Source: Burkholderiales bacterium (lineage in GTDB: Bacteria; Pseudomonadota; Gammaproteobacteria; Burkholderiales; JACQAP01). From it: a DNA stretch of 52,327 nucleotides. Shown piece after piece: positions 44,777 through 52,327 of this stretch; position 1 is the first letter of the stretch, and each line of letters opens with the position of its first letter. The notes beneath the pieces were generated by a model that saw only the letters and a list, made by a program, of their open reading frames with translations, searched no databases and was not told the origin of the DNA. The translations under genes were made by a program, and so were the position numbers. The DNA lies in NCBI GenBank assembly GCA_046590325.1, contig JBKJUC010000103.1, positions 1 through 52,327 on the forward strand. Reading direction: 5' to 3'.

Positions 44777-45535
44777 ATGAATGCTGCAAATGCTTCCGTG
44801 AGGCCCATAGGCAGATGGCTGGTGAACGCCGGTCTGGTCGTCGCGCTGGCCAGTGCTTTTGCCATGATCTTTTCAGGCATCGGCTACCAGTTCGGCCTCT
44901 GGCACTTCCGCACCGGCTTCGCAATCATGGGCTGGGCGTTCTGGTTTGCAGCGGGCGGTGCGATCGTTTCCCTCATCGGGCTGTTCCTTGCGGCGCCCAG
45001 GCCGCCAAAGCTGGTTGCTGCCGCCGTGATCGGCATTGTCGTCGGCGCGTCCACGGCGTACATTCCCTGGAGCTACAAGCAGACGGTTGGCAAGCTTCCC
45101 TACATTCACGACATCACTACGGATACGCAGAATCCGCCGGCATTCGTTGCAGCGAAAAACCTGCGAAAGGAGGGCGATCACCCGGTCGAGTACGACGGGC
45201 CCGAAGTGGCGGCGCAGCAGCAGAAAGCTTATCCCGACCTGATGCCGCTGACCGTGGCTGCTGACAAGGACAGAGTCATGAAGGCGGCCGAGACTGCCCT
45301 CAAGTCGATGAAACTGGAAATTACCGACGCCAACGCCGCCGAGGGCCGCATTGAAGCGGTGGCAACCACACTGCTATACGGATTCAAGGACGACATGGTG
45401 GTGCGTATCGCAGCGGAGGGCGCGGGCACAAAAATCGATGCGCGTTCCAAGTCGCGTGTCGGCCGCAGCGACGTGGGCCAGAACGCCAAGCGCATCCGCG
45501 TTTTTCTCCAGCGCCTCAAAGCAAACCTCGGCTAG
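44777..45535 (+). CDS. DUF1499 domain protein
   Basis: RBS AAGGAGG, three TM helices, PYIHDITTD..NPPAF, QQKAYPDL, GFKDDMVVRI, DARSKSRVGRSDVGQNAKRI. Confidence 0.88.
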   Translation: MNAANASVRPIGRWLVNAGLVVALASAFAMIFSGIGYQFGLWHFRTGFAIMGWAFWFAAGGAIVSLIGLFLAAPRPPKLVAAAVIGIVVGASTAYIPWSYKQTVGKLPYIHDITTDTQNPPAFVAAKNLRKEGDHPVEYDGPEVAAQQQKAYPDLMPLTVAADKDRVMKAAETALKSMKLEITDANAAEGRIEAVATTLLYGFKDDMVVRIAAEGAGTKIDARSKSRVGRSDVGQNAKRIRVFLQRLKANLG

Positions 45536-45551
45536 CCGTTAACAGAGGCCT

Positions 45552-45750
45552 TTCACCGCAAAGGGCGCAGGGGACGCAAAGGAAAAACAAGAACGAAGAA
45601 GAGCATGCCTGGATGATGAGCGGCGTATCTGTTCACGGGTCTGTGCAGCCAACCCCACTGGATTGGACCATCAGCCATTGAACACCTGTACCACAAGTTT
45701 ATTCTTTGCTCTTGCTTTTCCTTTGCGTCCCCTGCGTCCTTTGCGGTGAA
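45552..45750. repeat. Palindromic element with 35-bp terminal inverted repeats of 9-bp units
   Basis: TTCACCGCAAAGGGCGCAGGGGACGCAAAGGAAAA ... TTTTCCTTTGCGTCCCCTGCGTCCTTTGCGGTGAA (1 mismatch). Confidence 0.88.
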
Positions 45751-45771
45751 CATTTTTCTGCAGACAGTTTA

Positions 45772-46185
45772 TTAGAACGCCAGAGGCTTGCGGTCCTGCA
45801 GCGTGAGCCAGCCGCGGGCGACGCGGTAGATCACCCAGATCCCTGCGCCGAGGAACACCGCCCAGGCGACCAGGATTCCGACGATCGTGACGACGAGCAG
45901 CACGCCCAGCCCGACCCAGAGCAGGGCGAACCAGAACGTACGGATCTGCCACCGGAAATGGGACTCCAGGAATGTCTCGCGCACTTTGGACTGGTAAATG
46001 TAGTTCATTACCACGGCGACGATGGACGGGATGCCGAACACGAAGGCGCCGACGATCGTTACTGCACTGGTCAGTCCGATCAGGATGCTCAGCGAATGCA
46101 GGCCGTAGATGATGTGGCCGATCGTGATCAGCGAAGGCCGCGGCGCGCCCATCGCATCCGCTGCAGAGAGTTGCGTATTCTCCAT
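45772..46185 (-). CDS. DUF4870-like small membrane protein
   Basis: HIIYGLH, SHFRWQIRTFW, WVIYRVARGW motifs; three TM helices. Confidence 0.82.
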   Translation of the reverse strand: MENTQLSAADAMGAPRPSLITIGHIIYGLHSLSILIGLTSAVTIVGAFVFGIPSIVAVVMNYIYQSKVRETFLESHFRWQIRTFWFALLWVGLGVLLVVTIVGILVAWAVFLGAGIWVIYRVARGWLTLQDRKPLAF

Positions 46186-46195
46186 TCAGGATCCC

Positions 46196-49100
46196 CTACT
46201 CTTGTGGCCGGGCTTCGAGCGCCGGCGTGTCATGGATGCGCCGGCGCGCGCGCCATTGCTGGAACTGCTCAAGGTACAGGTAAACCACCGGCGTGATGTA
46301 CAGCGTCAGGAGTTGCGAAACGATCAGGCCGCCGACGACGGCGAGGCCAAGCGGCTTGCGCGCCTCGGCGCCGGCCCCGAGCCCCAGCGCGATCGGCAGG
46401 GTGCCCATCAGGGCAGCCATGGTGGTCATCATGATCGGCCGGAAACGGATGATGCAGGCGTCGTAGATCGCCTTCGCCGGGTCGGCGCCGTCGCGGCGCT
46501 GCGCGTCGAGGGCGAAATCAATCATCATGATCGCGTTCTTCTTGACGATTCCGATCAGCATGATGAGGCCGACGAAACCGTACATATTCAGATCCATTTT
46601 GAACAGGATCAGCGTGAGCAGCGCGCCGAAGCCCGCCGTTGGCAGGCCGGACAGGATGGTGATCGGATGGATGTAGCTTTCGTAGAGAATGCCCAGAATC
46701 AGGTAGATCACGAAAACCGACATGAGCAGCAGCATGCCCATGCCGGCCAGCGATGACTGGAAGGCCTGCGCCGTACCCTGGAAGTTGCCGATCAGCGTCG
46801 GCGGGATGCGCAATTCGGCGACGATGCCGTTCACCTGCGAAATTGCCTCGCTCAACGCGACGCCGGGCCGGAGGTTGAACGAAATCGTCACCGCCGGCAA
46901 CTGGCCCTGGTGGGCGACCGTCAGCGGGCTGACGCCGCGGCCGATACGGGCTACCGCAGAGAGGGGCACCAGCGCGCCGGTGCTGGAGCGCACGTACAGC
47001 ATCGACAGCGCTTCCGGGCTGTCCTGGTATTCGGGCGCAAGTTCGAGGATGACCCAGTATTCGTTGCTGGGCGTATAGATGGTGGAAACCTGGCGGGAAC
47101 TGAAGGCGCTGTAGAGCGCATCCTCGATCTGCTCGGCAGTCACGCCCAGTGTCGAGGCCTTGTCGCGTTCGATTTCGATTTTCACCGTCGGGTTGGTGAT
47201 CTGCAGGTCGCTGTTGACGTCGACGAAGCCGGACAGGCCGCGAATCCTTTGTTCCAGGATCGGCGCCCAGTAGTAGAGCTCGGCCGTATCCGCGTCCTGC
47301 AGCGTGTACTGGTATTCGCTCTTGGTCACCTTGCCGCCGATGCGCACCGGCGGGATGTTCTGCGGATAAACCTTGAGGCCCGGGATGACCGACAGTTTTG
47401 GCCGCAGTTCCTGGATGACCGAGTCGGCGACCAGGCGCTCGTTGCGAGCCTTCAGCTTCACCAGGATGCGGCCCAGGTTGAGCGTTTGGCTGGAGCCGGA
47501 CGTCGAGGAGGGGCCGATGAACGCCATCACGCTTTCCACGTTCGGGTCGGCGCGGATGATGTTCGCGGCCTGACGCTGTTTCGCGGCCATTGCCTCGAAG
47601 GAAATGTCCTGTGCCGCTTCCGTGAACACCAGCAACTGGCCAGTGTCGGTGCTGGGCAGAAAGCCCTTGGGCGTGATCTGGAACAGCCATGCGGTGGCGG
47701 CAAAGATCGCCGCGAACAGGAGCATGACGATGCGGTGGTGCCGCAGCGCCCACTTGAGCGTCACGTCATAGAGGTCGCGCATGGAGTCGAAGGCGCGTTC
47801 ACTCCATTGGTAAAGGCGGCCGTGTTTTTTCTGGTGTTCGGGGCGCAGCCAGCGGCTGCACAGCATCGGTGTAAGGCTCAGCGAGACGAATCCGGAGACC
47901 AGCACGGCTGCCATGATGGTGACGGCGAACTCGTGCAGCAGCTTGCCCAGGATGCCGCTCATGAACAGCACGGGAATGAACACGGCGGCGAGCGAGAGCG
48001 TCATGGAAACGATGGTGAAGCTCACCTCGCGTGCGCCATCAAGGGTCGCCTGCATTGGCGACTTGCCCATTTCCAGATGGCGGTTGATGTTCTCCAGCAT
48101 CACGATGGCGTCATCCACGACGAAGCCCACGCACAGGGTGAGGGCCATCAGCGAGATGGTGTTGAGGCTGAATCCCGCCAGGTACATCACGGAGAACGTG
48201 CCGACGATCGACATCGGCAGTGCCAGGCTCGGAATCAGCGTGGCCGAAAGGTTGCGCAGGAACAGGAAGATCACCAGCACCACCAGGACCAGGGCCAGGA
48301 TCAGCGTGAACTGCACGTCGTGCACCGAATCCCGCACCGAGATCGAACGGTCGTAGAGGATTTCCATTTCCAGTCCGGCCGGCGCCTGGGCGCGGAAGGT
48401 GGGCAGCAGCTTCTTGATGGTATCGACGATTTCGATGGTGTTGGTGCCCGGCTGGCGCTGGATCGAGATCACGATGCCGCGTTCGTCGTTGTACCAGGCG
48501 GCGACCTTGTCGTTCTCCACGCCGTCGATGACGCGCCCGATCTCGCTCATCCGCACCGGCGCACCGTTGCGCCAGGCCACCACCACCGGGCGGAATCCCG
48601 CCGCATTCTGCAGCTTGCCGTTCGATTCCACCGTATAGGCGCGATGCGCCCCGTAAAGCGTGCCCGTCGGCAGGTTCGAGTTCTGGTGGCTGATGGCATC
48701 GGCGACTTCATCGATGCCGATGCCGCGTGAAGCCAGGGATTTCGGATCGAGCTGGATGCGCACGGCGTATTTCTGCGAACCGATGACCTGTACCTGCGCG
48801 ACGCCGCTCACCGTTGAAATGCGCTGGGCCAGCAGCGTTTGCGCATATTCGTCTACCGTCGTAAGCGGCAAGGTCTTCGAGGTCAGCGCCAGGTAGAAAA
48901 TCGGCGCGTCCGCCGGATTCACTTTCTGGAACGACGGCGGCGTGGTCATCTGCGGCGGCAACTGGCGGGCCGCGCGGGTGAGGGCGGCCTGCACATCCTG
49001 CGCGGCGGCATCGATGCTGCGATCCAGGGAAAACTGCATGGTGATGCGCGTCACGCCCATCGCGCTGTTGGAATCCATCGATTCCAGTCCGGCAATGGTG

Positions 49101-49315
49101 GAAAACTCCTTCTCCAGTGGCGTGGCCACCGCGGAAGCCATGGTTTCCGGGCTCGCGCCCGGCAGCGAAGCGGCCACGGCGATGGTGGGGAAATCCATGT
49201 TGGGCAGGTCAGAGACCGGCAGCAGCCGGTAGCTGAAGATGCCGAACATCAGGATGCCGATCATGACCAGCCCGGTCATGACCGGGCGGCTGACGAAGAC
49301 CGCGACGAAATTCAA
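46196..49315 (-). CDS. RND efflux permease, MdtB/MdtC-like
   Basis: TTG start overlapping upstream TGA; RPV, PGASPETMAS.VATPLE, GFVVDDAIV, GIVKKNAIMMIDFA, RFRPIMMTT, GGLIVSQLLTLY. Confidence 0.93.
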   Translation of the reverse strand: MNFVAVFVSRPVMTGLVMIGILMFGIFSYRLLPVSDLPNMDFPTIAVAASLPGASPETMASAVATPLEKEFSTIAGLESMDSNSAMGVTRITMQFSLDRSIDAAAQDVQAALTRAARQLPPQMTTPPSFQKVNPADAPIFYLALTSKTLPLTTVDEYAQTLLAQRISTVSGVAQVQVIGSQKYAVRIQLDPKSLASRGIGIDEVADAISHQNSNLPTGTLYGAHRAYTVESNGKLQNAAGFRPVVVAWRNGAPVRMSEIGRVIDGVENDKVAAWYNDERGIVISIQRQPGTNTIEIVDTIKKLLPTFRAQAPAGLEMEILYDRSISVRDSVHDVQFTLILALVLVVLVIFLFLRNLSATLIPSLALPMSIVGTFSVMYLAGFSLNTISLMALTLCVGFVVDDAIVMLENINRHLEMGKSPMQATLDGAREVSFTIVSMTLSLAAVFIPVLFMSGILGKLLHEFAVTIMAAVLVSGFVSLSLTPMLCSRWLRPEHQKKHGRLYQWSERAFDSMRDLYDVTLKWALRHHRIVMLLFAAIFAATAWLFQITPKGFLPSTDTGQLLVFTEAAQDISFEAMAAKQRQAANIIRADPNVESVMAFIGPSSTSGSSQTLNLGRILVKLKARNERLVADSVIQELRPKLSVIPGLKVYPQNIPPVRIGGKVTKSEYQYTLQDADTAELYYWAPILEQRIRGLSGFVDVNSDLQITNPTVKIEIERDKASTLGVTAEQIEDALYSAFSSRQVSTIYTPSNEYWVILELAPEYQDSPEALSMLYVRSSTGALVPLSAVARIGRGVSPLTVAHQGQLPAVTISFNLRPGVALSEAISQVNGIVAELRIPPTLIGNFQGTAQAFQSSLAGMGMLLLMSVFVIYLILGILYESYIHPITILSGLPTAGFGALLTLILFKMDLNMYGFVGLIMLIGIVKKNAIMMIDFALDAQRRDGADPAKAIYDACIIRFRPIMMTTMAALMGTLPIALGLGAGAEARKPLGLAVVGGLIVSQLLTLYITPVVYLYLEQFQQWRARRRIHDTPALEARPQE

Positions 49316-50430
49316 GAAGTCTTCTCCGGCGCCTTCACGCTCAAGCGGGTGCCGGGCAGGATGCGCGAGGCGCCGTCGACCACCACGGTTTCGCCGGCAG
49401 CGACACCGCCCACCAGCACGGTTTCCTCGCCTTCGGTGCGCGCGACCTCGACTGCGCGCAGTTCCGCGCTGGAGTCGGACTTGACCACGTAGACGTACTG
49501 TCCCTTCGGACCCGTCTGCAAGGCCTGCGTCGGCACGACGAGCGCTCTGTCCTCGTCGCGCAGCGAGACCCAGGCATCCACGAACTGCCCCGGCCAAAGA
49601 TCCTTCTCCCGATTGTCGAAAATACCACGCAGTTTGATGGTGCCGGTGCTGACGTCGACCGAGTTGTCGATGAAGGCGAGCTTCCCGGGCAGGGTCCTGC
49701 CGTCCTTTTCGAGCGCAGCCTCGATGCGCAAGGGCGCGGCCTTCTGCCGGGTGCGGATTTCGTTGAGGTACTGCTGCGGCACGGCGACACTGATGTAGAT
49801 CGGGGAGAGCTGGTTGATGACCAGCATCTGCGCCGTATCGTTACCCTTGACCAGATTGCCCTCGGAGAGCATGACCTTGCCAATGCGGCCCCGGATCGGT
49901 GCGCGGATCGTGGTGTAGCCGAGGTTCACGCGTGCATGCTGGACGGCGGCCTCATTGGCTTTCACGCTGGCTTCGGCGCCGCGGAAATTGGCGGCAACCT
50001 GGGCGTAGCCTTCCTTCGATACGAAATTCTGCTTCAGCAGGTCCTGGTAGCGCTGTTCCTGGCCCTTCAGGTAATCGAGCTGCGCCTGGTCGTGGTCGAG
50101 GTTGGCCTGAGCCTGCTGGAGTTGCGACTGATAGGGCTTCGGATCGAGCTGGAACAGCAGGTCGCCGGCCGCTACGTCCTGGCCGTCACGCACATGGACA
50201 TGCGTAATCTGTCCATCCACTCGCGCTTTCACCGCCACGGAAGCAATGGTCTCCACATTGCCGATCGCGTGCAGGCGCAGTGGCATGCTCTTCTCGACAA
50301 CCTGCGCAACTAGCACGGGCACGCTGGGCGGTAATTTCTTCGCCTCGGCTTGGGCGCCATTCTTGTCGGAACAGGCGCCCAGCGTGGTGGCGGCAATCAG
50401 CGCGCTGGCGATAAGGAGAATGCTGCGCAT
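49312..50430 (-). CDS. RND efflux periplasmic adaptor (MdtA-like lipoprotein)
   Basis: Lipobox LGAC, VKARVDGQI, TTIRAPIRGRIG, FIDNSVDVSTGTIKLR, LWPGQFV. Confidence 0.92.
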   Translation of the reverse strand: MRSILLIASALIAATTLGACSDKNGAQAEAKKLPPSVPVLVAQVVEKSMPLRLHAIGNVETIASVAVKARVDGQITHVHVRDGQDVAAGDLLFQLDPKPYQSQLQQAQANLDHDQAQLDYLKGQEQRYQDLLKQNFVSKEGYAQVAANFRGAEASVKANEAAVQHARVNLGYTTIRAPIRGRIGKVMLSEGNLVKGNDTAQMLVINQLSPIYISVAVPQQYLNEIRTRQKAAPLRIEAALEKDGRTLPGKLAFIDNSVDVSTGTIKLRGIFDNREKDLWPGQFVDAWVSLRDEDRALVVPTQALQTGPKGQYVYVVKSDSSAELRAVEVARTEGEETVLVGGVAAGETVVVDGASRILPGTRLSVKAPEKTS

Positions 50431-50545
50431 CGCCTTCGGTCGGGAATAGAGTCCCAAGGGTAAAGCCCTCCGTGGTACCACATGACAATTCGCAATTCTG
50501 CTCCAATTGACCGTAATGCGCCTGTCGCGTCCTTTCCTCCAACCC

Positions 50546-52132
50546 TTATTTTGGCGTGGCTTTTGGTGCGGCAGGTTTTTCCGTTCTGGAAGCGTTGCGG
50601 CGCGCCAGATCGTCATTCGCATGCAGGTCGGAGGCTTTCCAGCCGCCGCCCAGCGCCTTTATTAGCGCCACGCTGGCGGCGAGGCGGCGATTGCGGATGT
50701 CCACAGCGTTGCGCTCGACGTTGAGCGCCGAGGCCTGTACCACGATCACATTCAGGTAACTGACGAGGCCGGCCTTGTACTGGTTGGTGGTCAGCAGCAC
50801 CGACTGGCGCGCCGACTGCACGGCTTCTTCCTGGATGCGCGCTTCCTCTTCGAGGATGCGCAGCGCCGCGAGGTTGTCCTCGACTTCCTTGAAACCGGTG
50901 AGCACGGTCTGGCGGTAGAAGGCGACGTTGGCGTCGTAGGCCGCAACGGCATTGTCGGATACGGCGCGCCGCGCGCCGCCGTCGAACAAGGTTTGCGCCA
51001 GCGCGGGCCCCACCGACCAGAACCGGTTCGGCGCGGAGATCAGGCCGGAAAGCACGGAGCTCTGGAAGCCCGCTGCGGCGGAAAGTGTCAGTGTCGGGTA
51101 GTACGCGGCTCTGGCCACGCCGATGTCCGCGTTGGCCTGCGCCATGCGCCGTTCCGCCGTGGCGATGTCGGGCCGGCGCTCAAGAAGATCGGAGGGCATG
51201 CCTGGCGGAACGTAGGGTGGTTCCGCAACAAGTGGCGCAGGCGCGATGGTAAAACTGGATGCGGGCTTGCCGATCAGCAATGCGATGGCGTGCTCGAGTT
51301 GCGCACGCTGCACGCCCGTATCCAGCGCCTGCGCCTGCGTGGCCTTGAGCTGGGTTTGCGCCTGCACCACGTCAGCTTTCGCCACGATGCCGGCAGCGTA
51401 CTGGTTCTCCGTCAACTTGAGTGATCTCTCGTAGGCGACGACCGTGTCGTCGAGCAACTGTCTCTGGGTATCGAGCGAGCGCAACTGGAAATAGTTCGTC
51501 GCGAGCTCCGCTTGCGCTGACAGGCGCAATGATTCCAGGTCGGCGGCGCTGGCCTGGGCGCCGGCCTCGCTGGATTCGGCGCTGCGGCGCACCCGGCCCC
51601 AGAGGTCGAGTTCCCAGGCGGCATCGACGAATATCGAATAGCTGTTGCGCACACCCCGGTCGATGCTGTTGCCCGACGCGGACGCGCGAGAACGGTCGGC
51701 CGATGCGCCCGCGGATACGGTAGGAACATAGCCAGCCCGCGCCGATTGCACCAGCGTGCGCGCCCGGCGAAACTGCGCTTCGGCCAGCGCCAGGTTCTGG
51801 TTGGAAATGGAGACCTGCTCCTGCAGGCCGCTGAGCAGCGGGTCGTTGAACGCTTCCCACCAGTTGCCCCGCAACACGCCGTCGCGCGGCTGCGCCTCTT
51901 TCCAGCCTTCCTTGAAGGCGGCAGGCGTCTCGGTGTCCGGCCGCACATAGTCCGGCCCTACCGTGCAGGCTGTCAGTAACGCCAGCACCGGAATGATCGC
52001 GAACAATCTCAGCCGCAGGTCCTGAACCACGGAGAGCACGGAGGAAAACCAGACCACGAAACGAAACATGAACATTGTCATTTCAGCATTGCTCCGTGAA
52101 CTCCGTGCTGTCCATGGTTCGAGGTTTTTCAT
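50546..52132 (-). CDS. RND efflux outer-membrane factor lipoprotein (NodT/OprM family)
   Basis: [13 protein letters not shown] lipobox, [36 protein letters not shown]. Start uncertain; ATG 52132 overlaps the upstream stop. Confidence 0.92.
   Translation of the reverse strand: MKNLEPWTARSSRSNAEMTMFMFRFVVWFSSVLSVVQDLRLRLFAIIPVLALLTACTVGPDYVRPDTETPAAFKEGWKEAQPRDGVLRGNWWEAFNDPLLSGLQEQVSISNQNLALAEAQFRRARTLVQSARAGYVPTVSAGASADRSRASASGNSIDRGVRNSYSIFVDAAWELDLWGRVRRSAESSEAGAQASAADLESLRLSAQAELATNYFQLRSLDTQRQLLDDTVVAYERSLKLTENQYAAGIVAKADVVQAQTQLKATQAQALDTGVQRAQLEHAIALLIGKPASSFTIAPAPLVAEPPYVPPGMPSDLLERRPDIATAERRMAQANADIGVARAAYYPTLTLSAAAGFQSSVLSGLISAPNRFWSVGPALAQTLFDGGARRAVSDNAVAAYDANVAFYRQTVLTGFKEVEDNLAALRILEEEARIQEEAVQSARQSVLLTTNQYKAGLVSYLNVIVVQASALNVERNAVDIRNRRLAASVALIKALGGGWKASDLHANDDLARRNASRTEKPAAPKATPK
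52024..52120. repeat. Palindromic element with 9-bp CACGGAG-type arms inside the 5' end of the OMF ORF
   Basis: GAACCACGGAGAGCACGGAG ... CTCCGTGAACTCCGTGCTGTCCATGGTTC (20-bp IR, 2 mismatches). Confidence 0.8.
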
Positions 52133-52327
52133 ACTGGACTTCTTGAGGGACGCACGGCGTCGGGCGCGCGGCGCGAGAAAGTGCGCTTGCAGTAAAGGCT
52201 GAAGCGATCGAGGTAAAGATAGACAACTGGCGTTGTATAAAGCGTCAGCATCTGGCTGACGATCAGCCCGCCGACAATGGAGATGCCGAGCGGGCGGCGC
52301 AGCTCGGCGCCGTCGCCCATGCCGATG
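52129..52327 (-). CDS. C-terminal fragment of a second RND permease (MdtC-like), truncated by the window edge
   Basis: [38 protein letters not shown]. Confidence 0.9.
   Translation of the reverse strand, partial: IGMGDGAELRRPLGISIVGGLIVSQMLTLYTTPVVYLYLDRFSLYCKRTFSRRAPDAVRPSRSPV

Noticed and set aside
49316-49597. N-terminal extensions given by the ORF track (also for 3160, 9005, 24059, 32707, 36350, 40649, 50622)
   Set aside because: They overlap neighbouring genes or repeats; family-typical N-termini begin at the downstream starts used in the feature list.

Overview
A high-GC bacterial chromosomal window, most consistent with a betaproteobacterium (Bug/TctC solute-binding protein, parE-parC pair with an HGDQS ParC motif, DusC, SelO/YdiU, Tim44-domain protein). 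It holds about 45 mostly housekeeping, envelope and stress genes. I saw no rRNA, tRNA, CRISPR array, intact transposase, integrase or phage module. Points of interest: (1) a 5' cluster bracketed by two Ni/Co-transporter-like genes, encoding a secreted metallo-beta-lactamase-fold lactonase-like enzyme and two membrane-anchored beta-propellers; (2) about 16 dispersed palindromic elements or solo arms built from 7-bp or 9-bp tandem units, whose arms differ between copies but stay complementary within a copy, one of them read in frame at the start of an outer-membrane-factor gene; (3) a LysR gene divergent from an unannotated 46-aa ORF whose 3' region folds into an anti-Shine-Dalgarno hairpin plus terminator; (4) a MOSC-rubredoxin fusion; (5) a MalT-like/BTAD regulator region with a pseudogene remnant. 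All family assignments come from motif recognition by eye; no database search was run.
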